A stretch of DNA of 64,000 bases from Takakia lepidozioides (taxonomy: Eukaryota > Plantae > Bryophyta), in the NCBI GenBank assembly GCA_030704615.1, contig CM060733.1, forward strand, positions 20,336,001 to 20,400,000. Direction: 5' to 3'. The notes beneath the pieces were generated by a model. That model was not told the DNA's origin. It did no database searches and saw nothing but the letters and a program-made list of their open reading frames with translations. Below, one piece after another: positions 1 through 11,607 of this stretch (positions are counted from its first letter, which is position 1; every line of letters begins with the position of its first letter). A program made the position numbers and the translations under genes.

Positions 1-382
1 AAAGATAGAGCCATTCTGAAGCTGAAAACGGGTAGCCAAGACATGTTCCAGAACAATTGCAAATCCATTGTCAAGGACTTCCTGGGAGAACGACACTGGT
101 TTGTCGTCAGAGAAGAACTCCGCTTCAGAGGAAGCTATCTTCCTTCCTCGCGTACGTTGATACCTTGCTATCGCAGACCTTCAGTGTAAATCAGTTTACT
201 GATGTCTCCAGAACACAGTTGAAGAATGAGCAGAGAATATGGCGGAGGAAGCTCAGACGACGACTGTGCATATTCTGTTATTGAAGTGGAAAGGCGGTAC
301 TGCCAATCAAAGATTTGAAGACCATACTGTAGATTCAGGTAGAGTATCGATTGGAAAGTACTCTCGACATAGACAGGAAACC

Positions 383-1660
383 GTGAATGTTTGCGACGGT
401 AATCACAATGGAGTCAATCTAAATAATCTGCACTTACTGTCCGCCCTAAACTATACTGAATGTCGTTGCCGCCAATCACTTACACATATATGGCATTACA
501 CAACACCAATCCGGCAGGTCCTTATATTTTGTGATTGTCGTTTACGCCGTTCGCTATCGCTCTCGCTTTTGTTTTGAATTCGGCAGGATCAGCTTTGCTT
601 GTGTAGATGGTTTTGAATTTGTTTCACACCATTCATTGTGAGTTTCTTTGAGACAGAATGATGGTCGTTACTGCCGTTCACTATTTGCAAATTACTCAGT
701 CAGATTTGAATGGCATCGTGCAGAATACTGTGAGGTCCAAGCCTACAGGATCAGAGGGGAAAGGATCTTACGGTCCAACAACTTTGACAGTCAGGTTGGA
801 GGAGAGTGGGCCATGATGCGAGTTGTGTACAGATGCAATATCATACTGGAAACTCTACTGCACTTTTTGGGAAATAATTTGGCTTCATAAGAATTGTAAT
901 CATAGATCCAAATTGAATGTTGTTGACGACATTCACTTCTTTGTCTGAGTCATTCTTAAGCGAGAATTTGAATTCACCTGGATTAGGAGCTTAGGGTGTA
1001 ATTATAGTGTCCCTGATTAGAATTGATAATGTCCCTGAATGGCATTGACGACATTCACATCCAGAGTTGTTGAGAGGTCCTCAGAGTTATGTAAGTTTTT
1101 GTAATGTCCATAGAGTTTACAGTGAGGGTTCATCACTTCAGTTTGCTGAATGTCAATGCAGACATTCAGTTGTTCTGCATTGCTTTTGCCTCTTGCGAGA
1201 AATCTTGAGGCTTGATTAGCTGTGTTACCAGAGATCCATAGTGAATGTCGTGGATGACATTCACTTCTATGTCTGTGTCATTCACCAGCGACAATTTGAA
1301 TTTACATGGATTGGGAACTAATTAATTGGTTCCTTGTTCGTAATTTTGTGAATGGCGTTGACGCCATTCACATCCAGTGTTATTATGAGGTCCTCAGTGT
1401 TAAGTTCGTTATGAATGTCCATTGAGTTTTTGGGGAGGGTTCCTTAGTCGAGTTTCTGATTTCCATCCAATGATTTTGCCTCTTTTGAGAAATCATTAGG
1501 CTTGATTAGCAGTGTATTCACAAATCCAAAGTGAATGTCGTTGACGACATTCACTTCTATGTGTGTGTCATTCCAAAGCGAGAGTTTGCATTCACGTGGA
1601 TTAGGGTGTATTTACAGTATCATTGAATGGAATGTTTTGAATGGCGTTGACGACATTCAC
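383..1660. repeat. Array of 12 imperfect 24-bp palindromes (consensus GTGAATGTCGTTGACGACATTCAC); distal part lies in a ~300-bp tandem unit
   Basis: Copies start at 383, 456, 531, 613, 658, 913, 1035, 1146, 1241, 1348, 1531 and 1637. The copy at 1531-1554 (gtgaatgtcgttgacgacattcac) is self-complementary except for the central 2 bp. Flanks of the copies at 913/1241/1531 resemble each other, as do those at 1035/1348/1637. Confidence 0.85.
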
Positions 1661-1800
1661 ATCCGGAGCTGTCGTGTGGTCCTGAAAGGTCCTTGGAGCA
1701 GTTCTCAGAGCTATTTCATTCCATGTTTTTTTCATTCTGTGCTACTTGCATCTTACTCACTTCGTGCTTTGGTGGGTTGGGATTTATCTCCTATTTAACA

Positions 1801-4002
1801 GGTACACGAAATATGTGCTTATGGAAGGAAATCACCTTAGCGGTATTCCAGACTATCTTGACATGTGGTCGGACCCTGCAAACGATTACCATGTATACTG
1901 TAGGGATATTGAAGGACTGGAGTCCTTCTCACTTCAGAGACTGTGGCTGGTACCTTGACTGCCCACCGGAGCACACGACCTTTCAAGAACAGCATATGAA
2001 ATATTTGAACAATAATGCTGAGATGTTGGCGCCTCTGACTGACGAAGAGTACCAAAGAAACATAGCAACATTGGCTGCCAAGGAGCCTGATGCTCAGGGA
2101 ACGCCGCAGAAGGGAAAGAAGGCGGGCCGCAAACCAAAAGACAAAGGCTCTTGATGTCATAGCCATCTCACCAGCAAAGCCAAAGGACAAAGACAAGTCC
2201 AAAGAGAAGGAAAATGACAAAGGGAAGGAGAAAGAAAAGGAGATGGAGAGTGGGCAGGACTTCCCTGCTGGAAGATATAGCCGCACAGTTCAGTGCGTGT
2301 TCGATGCCAAGCCACACCCTTTCCGTTCTGATTCGGCAGGAGAGATTAAAATTGTCAATGAGGGTTGGCTGGCAATGATGCAGAGTTGAAAGAGAGGATA
2401 CACTGGGGTGCATTCGCCTACCTGGGACAACATAATCTCATTCCTCAATCTGGTGAGAATTCCAATTTCTTTCCTTTTTCTCTGAAAGTTTCATTGGCAG
2501 TATTTCAGCTTGGTTCTTTGAAACATTCTTGCCACCGTTCTTAAAAAAAACATGTCTGTTGCAAGTGAGCACAGGTCCCACCTTCGTGTGCGGTGTGCAG
2601 AAAACATATGCGGCTGACATTGTCATTCTCGACATCCCGGATGGCCAGGTTGTGCCAGAAGTTCTTCCAAAGGGCAAGACGCCAGGCTGGAACAAATTCG
2701 AGGACAAAAACTGGAGTTGGGTGTTCGGGTTCTGTAATAATTTCCTCTCTGATGCAGGGACACTTCTGCTTTTTCAGTCATGTGACAAAGATAGTCGTCG
2801 GGCATTGGCATCATACCTGAAGTCTTTAGGGTTTGAAGTTTGGCGCGCATAGAATTGTGTGAACAGCCTCTACCTTGTGAAAGGGGGTTTCCCTGGTCAG
2901 CTGGTATGCCGTCTCCCTTCTGCTTGTGCTTTCATGATGAGTTTCAATGTTCTCTGCAGCTCCACTCTATAAGAATCTGTCATGATCGACACCGATCATC
3001 ACTGATTCGTGATAAAATGATTGTTTTGTGCCTGAGTTCTGAATAGCCGATGTACACACTTAGATTGTGTTTACCACACTAACCTGCTATCTTTGGCAGA
3101 CGAGGATGTTCGAGGCGATCTGCCTGCGGAGGATTCGCACCTCCAAGACACCATCCTCCATCCGCAGCTTTGAGATTTCTGACCAGGGTTGTTTCGTCAA
3201 CCCCCCTATGAGCCGCATGTCGATGACATTTTGTACAACTTCATGCAGTCCAGTCAGACTCTGAAGAGACCAGATGACACTCCCTGGAGAGGTGCAAAGG
3301 AAAAATCCCCAGCGTTCATGCAAATACTGCTGGAGTCATGCAGCCACCACTCTGCACGGGTGGTCGATCTTTCTGTGTCCACATGTTCGTTCTCTCCCTT
3401 CCGAATTGATTTTCTTTCACCAGTTCCATCTGCTTAAATCCCCCCCACCAAACTGTTCATGTCCTCCTGTCTGGTGCAGGAGCAACTTACCATGCATGCA
3501 AGGCAGGCGGAAGAAGCCTTTTTGGCATAGAGGGTGATTCTGACCTCTACAACACAGTGCTCCTCCCCCTTTTGTCTGGCTCCACTTCAGGCACACAGAC
3601 TGATCGGATTCAAATTCGAAATGATGATGATCCCGAAGATAAGCAGGTCGACAACGACTTTTCATGTGAGTAAGTGCTAAACCCACTTTGGGAGTCATAC
3701 TCAATTTCTCAATAACATCAAAGTTACAGTAATAACTTTTTCAGGCTGTCTTTCAGAAAAGGCAGCGGTGGATCTTCAGGAGATACAGTCATTTGTGGCG
3801 AGTCTGTTTTCGACAGCCCCCTTTCCAATTTTCTGCTTCCTGATTATGCCGAAGCAATGGCACTTCACGCGGCCGAGTCCCTATCCCCTGAATTTTTACT
3901 GCCCGGCCGTAGGTGTAGCCAGCGTAGATCCGGAGCTCTTAAATACTTAGACTTAGATGCAGAGGAAGTGGGGATACATTGTACTGACTCTGAGTCAGAC
4001 TG
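1801..4002 (+). pseudogene. Degenerate spliced gene: K/E-rich linker followed by a beta-class N4-cytosine/N6-adenine DNA methyltransferase-like domain
   Basis: Exon ~2575-2903 encodes ADIVILDIPDG (motif IV-like) and FLSDAGTLLLF...LGFEV. Exon 3100-3384 encodes WRGAKEKSPAFMQILLESCSHHSARVVDLSVST (motifs X and I). The exon from 3480 encodes ATYHACKAGGRSLFGIEGD (end of motif I, motif II). Introns 2904-3099 and 3385-3479 are GT..AG. Lesions: stops at 2387-2389 and 2850-2852, frameshifts at ~2150 and ~3189, and TGA at the splice junction. Confidence 0.7.
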
Positions 4003-4539
4003 AACTATGTTTTTTACTATTCTGTTTCATCCTCTTTGGAAAACGTTGAATCCCCTTCCTCCACCGTAGTTGTTCATTTGGAAAGAAAAATAATCAAAGA
4101 ATCAACTACAATTTAAATTGCAATATGTATGAATCCATCTCACAAACCTCCCTCACTCTTGTCATATCCATTGTGCTTTCATCTACAGTGTATTCATGCG
4201 TGCTCCATTCATGAATGTTTTCCTTTGTTCAACATCCATTGTACATTCATCCTCTGTACTCTTTAATCCACCCCACAAACCTTCCACACTCATGTCATAT
4301 ACGTTGTGCATTCGTCTAAAGTTTTAGTCATGCATCTTCCTGTCATGAATGTTTGTCATTGCTTAACATCCATTATACATTCATCCATTTGACTCTTATC
4401 CATCCCTCATTCATCCATCTACATTCATTTTTCACACTCATCCATCTGTTTATCATCCAACTGTACATTCATCCATCCTTTATTCAATGCCTTTTATTAT
4501 GTCGTCCAGTTTGTTTCCGCGGTAAAGGGTGCCAATCCG

Positions 4540-4699
4540 CGGGAATACACTCCACTTCTTCCTGGGCGCGTGGTGACGCGGTCTTCAAGTGTGATGACGT
4601 GGAGTGAACCCCGTGATGTGGCATTGGTGCAAGGTGACGTGGCGTGAGTGCAGTTGCGCTCACGCGCTCACGTGACCAGGCTCACGCCGAGGCATCCCT
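4540..4699. mobile_element. Probable DNA-transposon terminus (minus strand reads CAGGGATGCC...) with ACGT/CACG-rich subterminal region
   Basis: A GC-rich block with repeated CACGTG, TGACGTGG and CTCACG motifs ends abruptly in GGCATCCCTG. TCATCCAT-rich repeats precede it at 4130-4490. The partner end is not visible in the window. Confidence 0.4.
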
Positions 4700-4759
4700 G
4701 GCTAGCCAACAAGGCTTTGCATCAAGCCCACATCAATAACCAGCCGTTGTGAAACCCTG

Positions 4760-7060
4760 TAAGACTTTATTTACAACATGTACAATGGGTGAACGTACAT
4801 AGGATGAGAAGTTCCCAAAAAAGGGGGGAGGGGGGGGATGGGTGGGGAAGGGAACAAGAAACAAGAGAAGAAAACAAAAAGCTATAGTAAGCTACTCAGC
4901 TAGAGAAGAAAACAAAAGCTATAGTAAGCTATTCAACCAGCGACGAAAACAGAAGCTATAGTAAGCTACTCAAGCAGAGCGACCCTCCCAGCCAACAGCC
5001 TAGAGGAGATCAGGCAAGGAGATAGACAAAGTATCAGGCATAGGCGGAAGATGAGATGACGCAGAGCTAGCCACATCAGCCCGATGCAAAATAGATATGG
5101 TTTGTGCTCTCTGCAAAGCAACTGAAACACGCTGTCGATAGTAGGTGACAAGGACAGAGACATGTGGGATGCCAGTGGACCCGCTCTTGGCTGCATGATG
5201 TGCACATGTCCGCAGGATATCGTCAAAGTGCTAGTGCAATGAGCCAAATATCTCGACCGCCAGCGGAAGAAATTTGTCGGTGGGGTGACTATCACTGTAG
5301 TCGTGCTCCTTGGCCTGAGCTGCTACAGTGGCTGTCGTGCCTGGTGTGGTAGCTGCGCGAGATAGCAGATCCGCTCGAGTGGGGTCGGCGAGACATCCGC
5401 TAGGGTACGCAAACCATCTCTAGATAGGACGATGTCAACACGACGGCGTGTAGAGTGGGACATGAGCGTGGGTCTGTGGTTGCTCATGTAGTACATGATA
5501 CCCTGCCTCCCGAGCAATAGATGTCACCGCATCGCGAAACAATATCATGAGACGCAGTGCGCTCACCACCACATGGACAGCGGAGGAGATGGATGGCAAG
5601 GTCATCGATGGGCTGATGACAGACGCAGCGCTGAAGGCCCAATGCCGAAGGATGAGGCAAACCGAGTCGAAGGCAGAGCGCAATAGTGAAAATAGGCGAT
5701 GAGAGGCGAAAAGGTGCGATAGTGGGTCATGCTGCCAACCATGATCATGCTCCGGGTCCTGCGCATGATAGAAGTCGGGCTCGATGCGACTCAGAAGAAG
5801 CACTTGAGAGCATGCCGAAAAAAGAATGACAGTGCACGCGCTCGAAAATGGACTCCTGAAGATGGTCGAGGCCTTGAGCAACCAACTGCTCAAATGGTGA
5901 TAGACATGCTTGCGTCGGTGCCGAAAGAAGATCTCGTGCAGAGCGGAGATGCTGCTGGAAGGGTAAAATGCCACTGTCGACATGTGCAACGGCGTCCATA
6001 AGGATGAGACGATGGTCACAGAGAAATCGTGAAGCGAGGGCTAGCGCAACCAAAGCCCAACTACGGAGGAAAGCTGACGGGGCAGTAGCGATAGTGGACA
6101 AAAGACCCATACCACCGGAAGAGACGGGCAGGGTGGCTTGTTGTCGTGGCAAAAGTCTCTGAGCACCCTCCAGAGCTCCTGGTCCTAACAATCTCCCGAA
6201 GATAGTCATCATGGTAGTATCAAACCCAAATAAGATGCGTAGGAAATCTGGGCTGGGTGGAACAGTGCGCAAGAGATATGAGTGACACTAAATGAAACAT
6301 TTGGTCAGATTCCATATGCTACCTGTACATCTCCGAGTCTAGGAAGGAGATTGGCGTGGGTGGCATCCTGGTGGAGTGCATCTTTCAAGTTGTGAACTGG
6401 GTGGTGCCAAAAGAAACTCCCAGGATTCTGATGCCATTGGGCGGAGCAATGAAGTGAGCAGGGAGGACAAAATCTGCAGGGAGACCGGACGGAGACCACA
6501 CCGCACATTTGCGAGGTTGCACTGAAAGACCCACGGCAGAGAGTTGGGTGATAAAATGATGGTAAGCTGAAAGTACCTGTGAGGCAGGGCCTACAATGTG
6601 CGTGTCGTCTGCCACCAACGGAAAAAGACAAGATGAGTGTACTTGTGCAGAAGTCGTGAGGGCGCGGACGTGAGCCATGGCAAACAAAGGTCTCCCTAAA
6701 GGGTCGCCTTGGCGGGTCCCAACCTCGGACTGAATGATGGAGCACTCACCTAGGCGAGAATGATGACTGTAGTAGAGGAGAGTGGTGGATGCATAGAATA
6801 ATCGAACACACGGAATGAACTAGTGGAAATCTCCTCCGGCTGAACGGAGCTCTTGAAAGATAGCCGCTCGTGAAGGGCTTGAAGGGCAGTGACAGTATCC
6901 GCTGATGGAGGCGCTGGTGTGAAAGGTGTCAAAGCCTTGGCTGCGCGTGAGTACTCGCCAACGCGGCCTAACATGAGACTATGACGAAGTCGCTTGTGGG
7001 CCGATGAGGGTGCCTGCGTGGAGGAAGCGGGAGGGGCGCGTGCCGCAAGGGCCGTTGGCT
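4760..7060 (-). mobile_element. Degenerate non-LTR retrotransposon with RT and C-terminal zinc knuckle plus restriction-like endonuclease (CRE/R2/NeSL-type)
   Basis: Minus-strand fragments read GEYSRAAKAL, LVADDTHIVGP (RT YADD equivalent), GIRILGVSFG, QATLPVSSGGMGL, ARLLSCAGPGA, SIAREAGYHVLHEQ and RRVDIVLSRDG..TLADV (RLE-type PD..D region). There are many frameshifts and an apparent deletion within RT. The 3' UTR has 3 copies of a ...aagctatagtaagcta motif (4866-4970). Confidence 0.8.
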
Positions 7061-10000
7061 ATGCTTATGTTAGACTTTGAAAAAGCCTTTGATAATGTAG
7101 ATTGGTTTTTTCTCTTCCGGGCTTTGGAAAAAGTAGGCATTAATGGCTCTTTCTTGGCTTGGGTGAAAATTCAGATCCTGCAGTCTGCCTCTAGTAGAGT
7201 AGCGGTGAATGGAGCGTTGTCTTCCTCCTTCCCCCTTTACCGTTCTGTTAGGCAGGGATGCCCTTTAGCCCCCTTTCTTTTCATTATCGCTGCAGATGGA
7301 CTGGGACATCTTTTGGAAGCTGCAGACGGTGTGAAGGGATTGGCAGTCCCCAGGTCCATGCCCTCTTCGTACTCAATCAAGGCCTCTTTTTACGCTGATG
7401 ATACGACTCTTTTGATTGACAACACCTCCCTGATTAACGTCACTAGTGCATTGAACGTCCTGTATTCCTTCTGCGAGGCTTCGGGGTTATCTATTAATTG
7501 GGGCAAATCTGTGGGTATTCTATCCCGGCTCCAAAATCCTAGAGTTGATGCGCACTGTGCCCCCTGGGGTAGCGACTTGGGCCTCGTATGGCTCGACGAC
7601 GGGCAAACACATATTCTGCTAGGTCAGCCAGTAGGGCACGTGCGATATTTCTGACATGCAACGATATGGCCCGGTTCTGGCTAGGATAAAAACAAAGTTG
7701 GTTTTTTGGTGCTCCGCACATCTGTCAATTACAGGGAGAGCGTTGGTGGTTAATCAGGTCCTTCTCCAGTCTTCTTGGTTTAGTTCCTCGGCATGGTCTC
7801 TTGGCTCTGTCATGTGCACCCAAGTGCTTTGGAGTTGGCAGCAGATGCTGCCCCCCACCCGGCCACAACCGCTTCACTGTCCTTTTACTTCCAGGGAGCC
7901 CACTCAACCCTCTTCCCTACCCTGGACACCCCCTCCCCCCTTTATGTTCACAAGATCCACTACTGTGTACATTGAACTGCCATCATTCTCTAACTTACTG
8001 TTGTTCTGCCCCAGCTGGCTCCCCGACCTCAAAGGGCATCCAACTACCCCACAGTATCTACCACACACACCCTACAGGCGTAGAGCTGTGACTCAAGACC
8101 AGCACCTTGGGCAAGTTGCCCTCTGTCAGTCGCCACTCATGATACCACAATTCACTTACCCTGGTACAAGACTTCTCAATTTGTCAGCTGAAGCATAGCT
8201 CCAACACAAGCAAATGAAGGCTCTGGTACATAACTTCCTTTGGGGTGCTTCATCTCTTGCAAACAATTGCCGGACGCTTGTTAGTTGGTCATAGATCATT
8301 CAAAAAAAAAAGTTTGGTGGATTGGGGATTATTGACCCCCAGGCTCAGGTGATAGCTCTCTTGGCTAAATGGGTGCCTAGAATTTTCTTGGACCTCTATG
8401 CTCTTTGGAGCCTAATTCTTAGGAACCATGTGATGGATTCCATTCCATCGACAGCTCATCCCTGGCCTTCTTCTCTCAAATGGGTGGTCCAAGGGCTTCA
8501 TTCTAAATCTGCCAAATTTGGATCTAAGGCGTGGCAATCCATTTGGGATGCCTGGCTGAGAATGAGGCCCAATCTATCTCAAAAGACTCCATCATCTGCT
8601 GTCGAGGCGTTAAGACAACCCTTGTTCGCCAATTACAACTCTGACTTAGCTCTGCTCCTGAAATGTTCCAGGCATTGGAGCCTATGGGAGAAAGCTGGAT
8701 TTTTGCATCTACAACATGTTCTTCACAATGGGAGACCCATTGAACTAGAAGCTGGAATTTTCAAGAGTGTAGGTCGAGCAGCATCTGCTGCCTGGAGCTC
8801 GATCATGCAGGAAATTCCCGAAGACTGGGTGCTTTGGTCCTCCTTGCCTGTCAATCAAACACCCTCTACCGATTTGGCTTGGATACTTACCTTCTTACCC
8901 TGCCTATGCTTTTCTAGCCTTACATAGGTACGGGTCAATCTTGCAGGGTTGGAAGTTCAAAGTTAATTCCCTTGGCTATCTGTTATCGCCTTGCAGACAT
9001 GAAGTTGGGGAATCAGAGCTAATGCCCATCAGAGTTTACTGCCAGGCTTCAGGGCAAATTAACCCACACCTACCCGTGATCATTGAGCACTACGCCAGAT
9101 CCTTCCGTTGGTTCTTGACTGCCGCTCCAAGCTCCCTGCAATTTGATCCCGACGAGTGGATATGGATGTCCAAAAAGCATGATCCATTCTTTTCTTATAC
9201 CGTTAAAATGGGCTATTCCCTTTTGATCCAACAATCCTTCTTTGATACCAAGTTGTCTCATAAGTGGAGGCATCTTACTACAGGCCCCACATCTTGGAAG
9301 CCAATCTGGAAGGATGTGTGGAAGAATGATCAGGCTGCCAAGATCTCCGGTTTTTTATGGAGAATAGTGAACAAAATCCTGCGTGTCACTCATTTTTCCT
9401 CGGGTTCTGTTTCTACTTGTCAGTTTTGTTCTGCCCCAGTCCAGGAAACCATGGAGCACATATTCTACTCGTGCCCCTTTGTAGCCAGCATTTGGTAGAA
9501 AGCAGCTCGGTTCTATATGAACTGGGGGGAATGATTTTCCTATGACTCAACCCCTCATTCTTCTGAATTTCCATGATGGAAGACTCTGGTCTGACTGCCC
9601 TATTTGGTCCGCTTTGCGTGCTCATACCCTGTGGCAGATTTGGAAAACCCGTTGTTCTTCCCTTTATGATGATATGTTGCCCTGTGCTAGAGTTATTTTG
9701 TTTAGAGCCCACTCAGACTTACAGTCTGAAGCTTGGAAATCATGGGAGGTTCTGTGTGCAGCTTTCAACAGGTGGTCGGAGGAACGAAGGCAACAGTCAC
9801 TTGCTGGCTTTGACGCAACTTGGGGAAAATAAGGCATCTTCTGCTCCAGAGTTGCAGAGCTTCGGGTTACGTAGAACAACTCCCTCCCTTGCAGGATGAG
9901 AGCTCCATTAGCGCTAGATGCTCCCCAGCGGATTGTGACGACAATGGAGTCAATTGGCGCCATAAGCGCAGTTTTAGAAAGACCAAGTCTCGGGTCATCT

Positions 10001-10278
10001 CTTCTTTGAGCCCTGCAAAGGGAAGTGAAGAACTTCAAGTGCATCTTCAGCTGCAGTTAGACTAGCATCATGCCTTTGCTGCAGTTAGAATTCTCTCATG
10101 GTTTTTTGGTGTTGAGCAGTGTCTCATCTGTTGGTCTTATGGCTTCCCCGCAAGGTTATTTTTTCCTTGCTAAAACTTCCAAATTTTGTTCTCTTGGGAT
10201 AATTTACATCCCCCTTCTTTATAAAGCTTTTGAGGCCTCTGTCCCTCTTTATTTAAAAAAAAAAAAATAAAAAAAAAA
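7060..10278 (+). mobile_element. 5'-truncated L1/Tx1-clade LINE (ORF2 RT and zf-RVT) with poly(A) tail
   Basis: Motifs LDFEKAFDNVDW, VRQGCPLAPFLF, FYADDT, GRALVVNQVL, GGLGIID and CQFC...ETMEHIFYSC. Poly(A) lies at ~10255-10278. Stops and frameshifts are present, plus a ~390-bp insert at ~7824-8214. Confidence 0.92.
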
Positions 10279-10831
10279 TTGCAAGATCTTCTCAAAAATT
10301 GCTGAATTTTGCAGTTTCAAAACCATTATGTTTTCCTTAAAGAAAATTACCTCAAAATAGGGTGGACTGTAATACATGCCTAATGTTTGGAAATTACCTA
10401 GGTGAGGTGCCTAAATAATAAAAACGAATCTGCCTCTATTTCTATTAATTATTAGGCGCGGAAGTGCCTAATAAGGTAAGTACAGTATACCTTCTCAGCA
10501 GAAAAGTGACGTATTGGACTTGTTAGGCTGTCCTTGGCAGGACGGCCTTAAATGCTAGTCAAGGCCTCTACATGTGTGGGCATGATCTCCTAGAATAGGT
10601 ACCTACAAGTTTGTTGGGACATTAATGACAAGATTTTGCACATTAAAAGTGTCCCTACTACAACAGTAACTAGTAGGGAGTCGGGACACTTTCACCTTTC
10701 TATGCTGTCCTCTTTTTCCCTACCCTCTTTCCCTCTCTTTCCTTCTATTCCTTGTTTCTTCTGTTCCTCCAGGTACGCCCTTATTGTATTCCTCTTCTGT
10801 TCTATTTCCTCCTCCCCTGTCTTTATCGCAT

Positions 10832-10858
10832 CTCTGTCTCTCTCTCTCTCTCTCTCTC
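10832..10858. repeat. (CT)n microsatellite
   Basis: Run of ctctctctct upstream of the TDP1-beta gene. Confidence 0.8.
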
Positions 10859-11607
10859 GCACACACCCATGTATGTTAATTTACACTTCAAATCATATCT
10901 CTTGGGTTCTCCGAGGGTAGCAACATGTCATATCAGTCCATGATGTTTTTTTGTTGACTCCTGCGGATTGCTATTTCCTGGCGGAGGATGGGTCTTGCAA
11001 TATGCATCAATCTGTCCCTGCCTTCTCCTGGAATCAGTTGAATCGCTAAGTTTAATTTAGCCTTTCACATTTTCTTTTTTTCCCATCTCGAGATGGTAGA
11101 ACCACCAGATCAATATGAGCAATGGCCTGGTAAGGTCTCCTTGATGAAACAAATTTCTTTTGGATCTGAAGTTTACAGTCGTTCCTGGTAGTGTTCGTCC
11201 AGTACATTGCACTTGATTCTGACAATTTTTGTTTTGATATTGTTCTCCCTCCTCTTTCAGTGGGAGATTCCACTGTCTGTTCCGTGAAACCCAATCTCTC
11301 ACTGAAGTCTTCCATTTTGAGGATCAGAAATGCTTGGCAGCTTTCTGCACGAAGCTTTGACCCTTAGTCAATCGCTTGAGCAGTAGTTGCTTTTGGGCTG
11401 CTTCTGGCTCCTCCCCGTCTTTTATTCTTTCTGGTTTCTTGCTTTTCCTTTTCTCCCATAAGCTCTTTGTGCTTTCTGCGGACGTTATAAAGATTTCATT
11501 TCATTTGCTATCACACGTTTCTCTCATCACCTCATTGTTTTCAGCTTCGGGTTTTATTATTTCTACGATCCGTATGTATTTCGAACGACTTTCCCGGGGG
11601 CCTAGAT

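Noticed and set aside
383-1660. CRISPR array
   Set aside because: The context is eukaryotic with no cas genes. Spacers are irregular (21-231 bp) and the distal ones are mutually homologous. It is reported instead as a palindrome array.
7004-7654. Intact 216-aa reverse transcriptase gene
   Set aside because: The ORF is a chance fusion of antisense CRE-like sequence with a truncated, frameshifted L1 RT.
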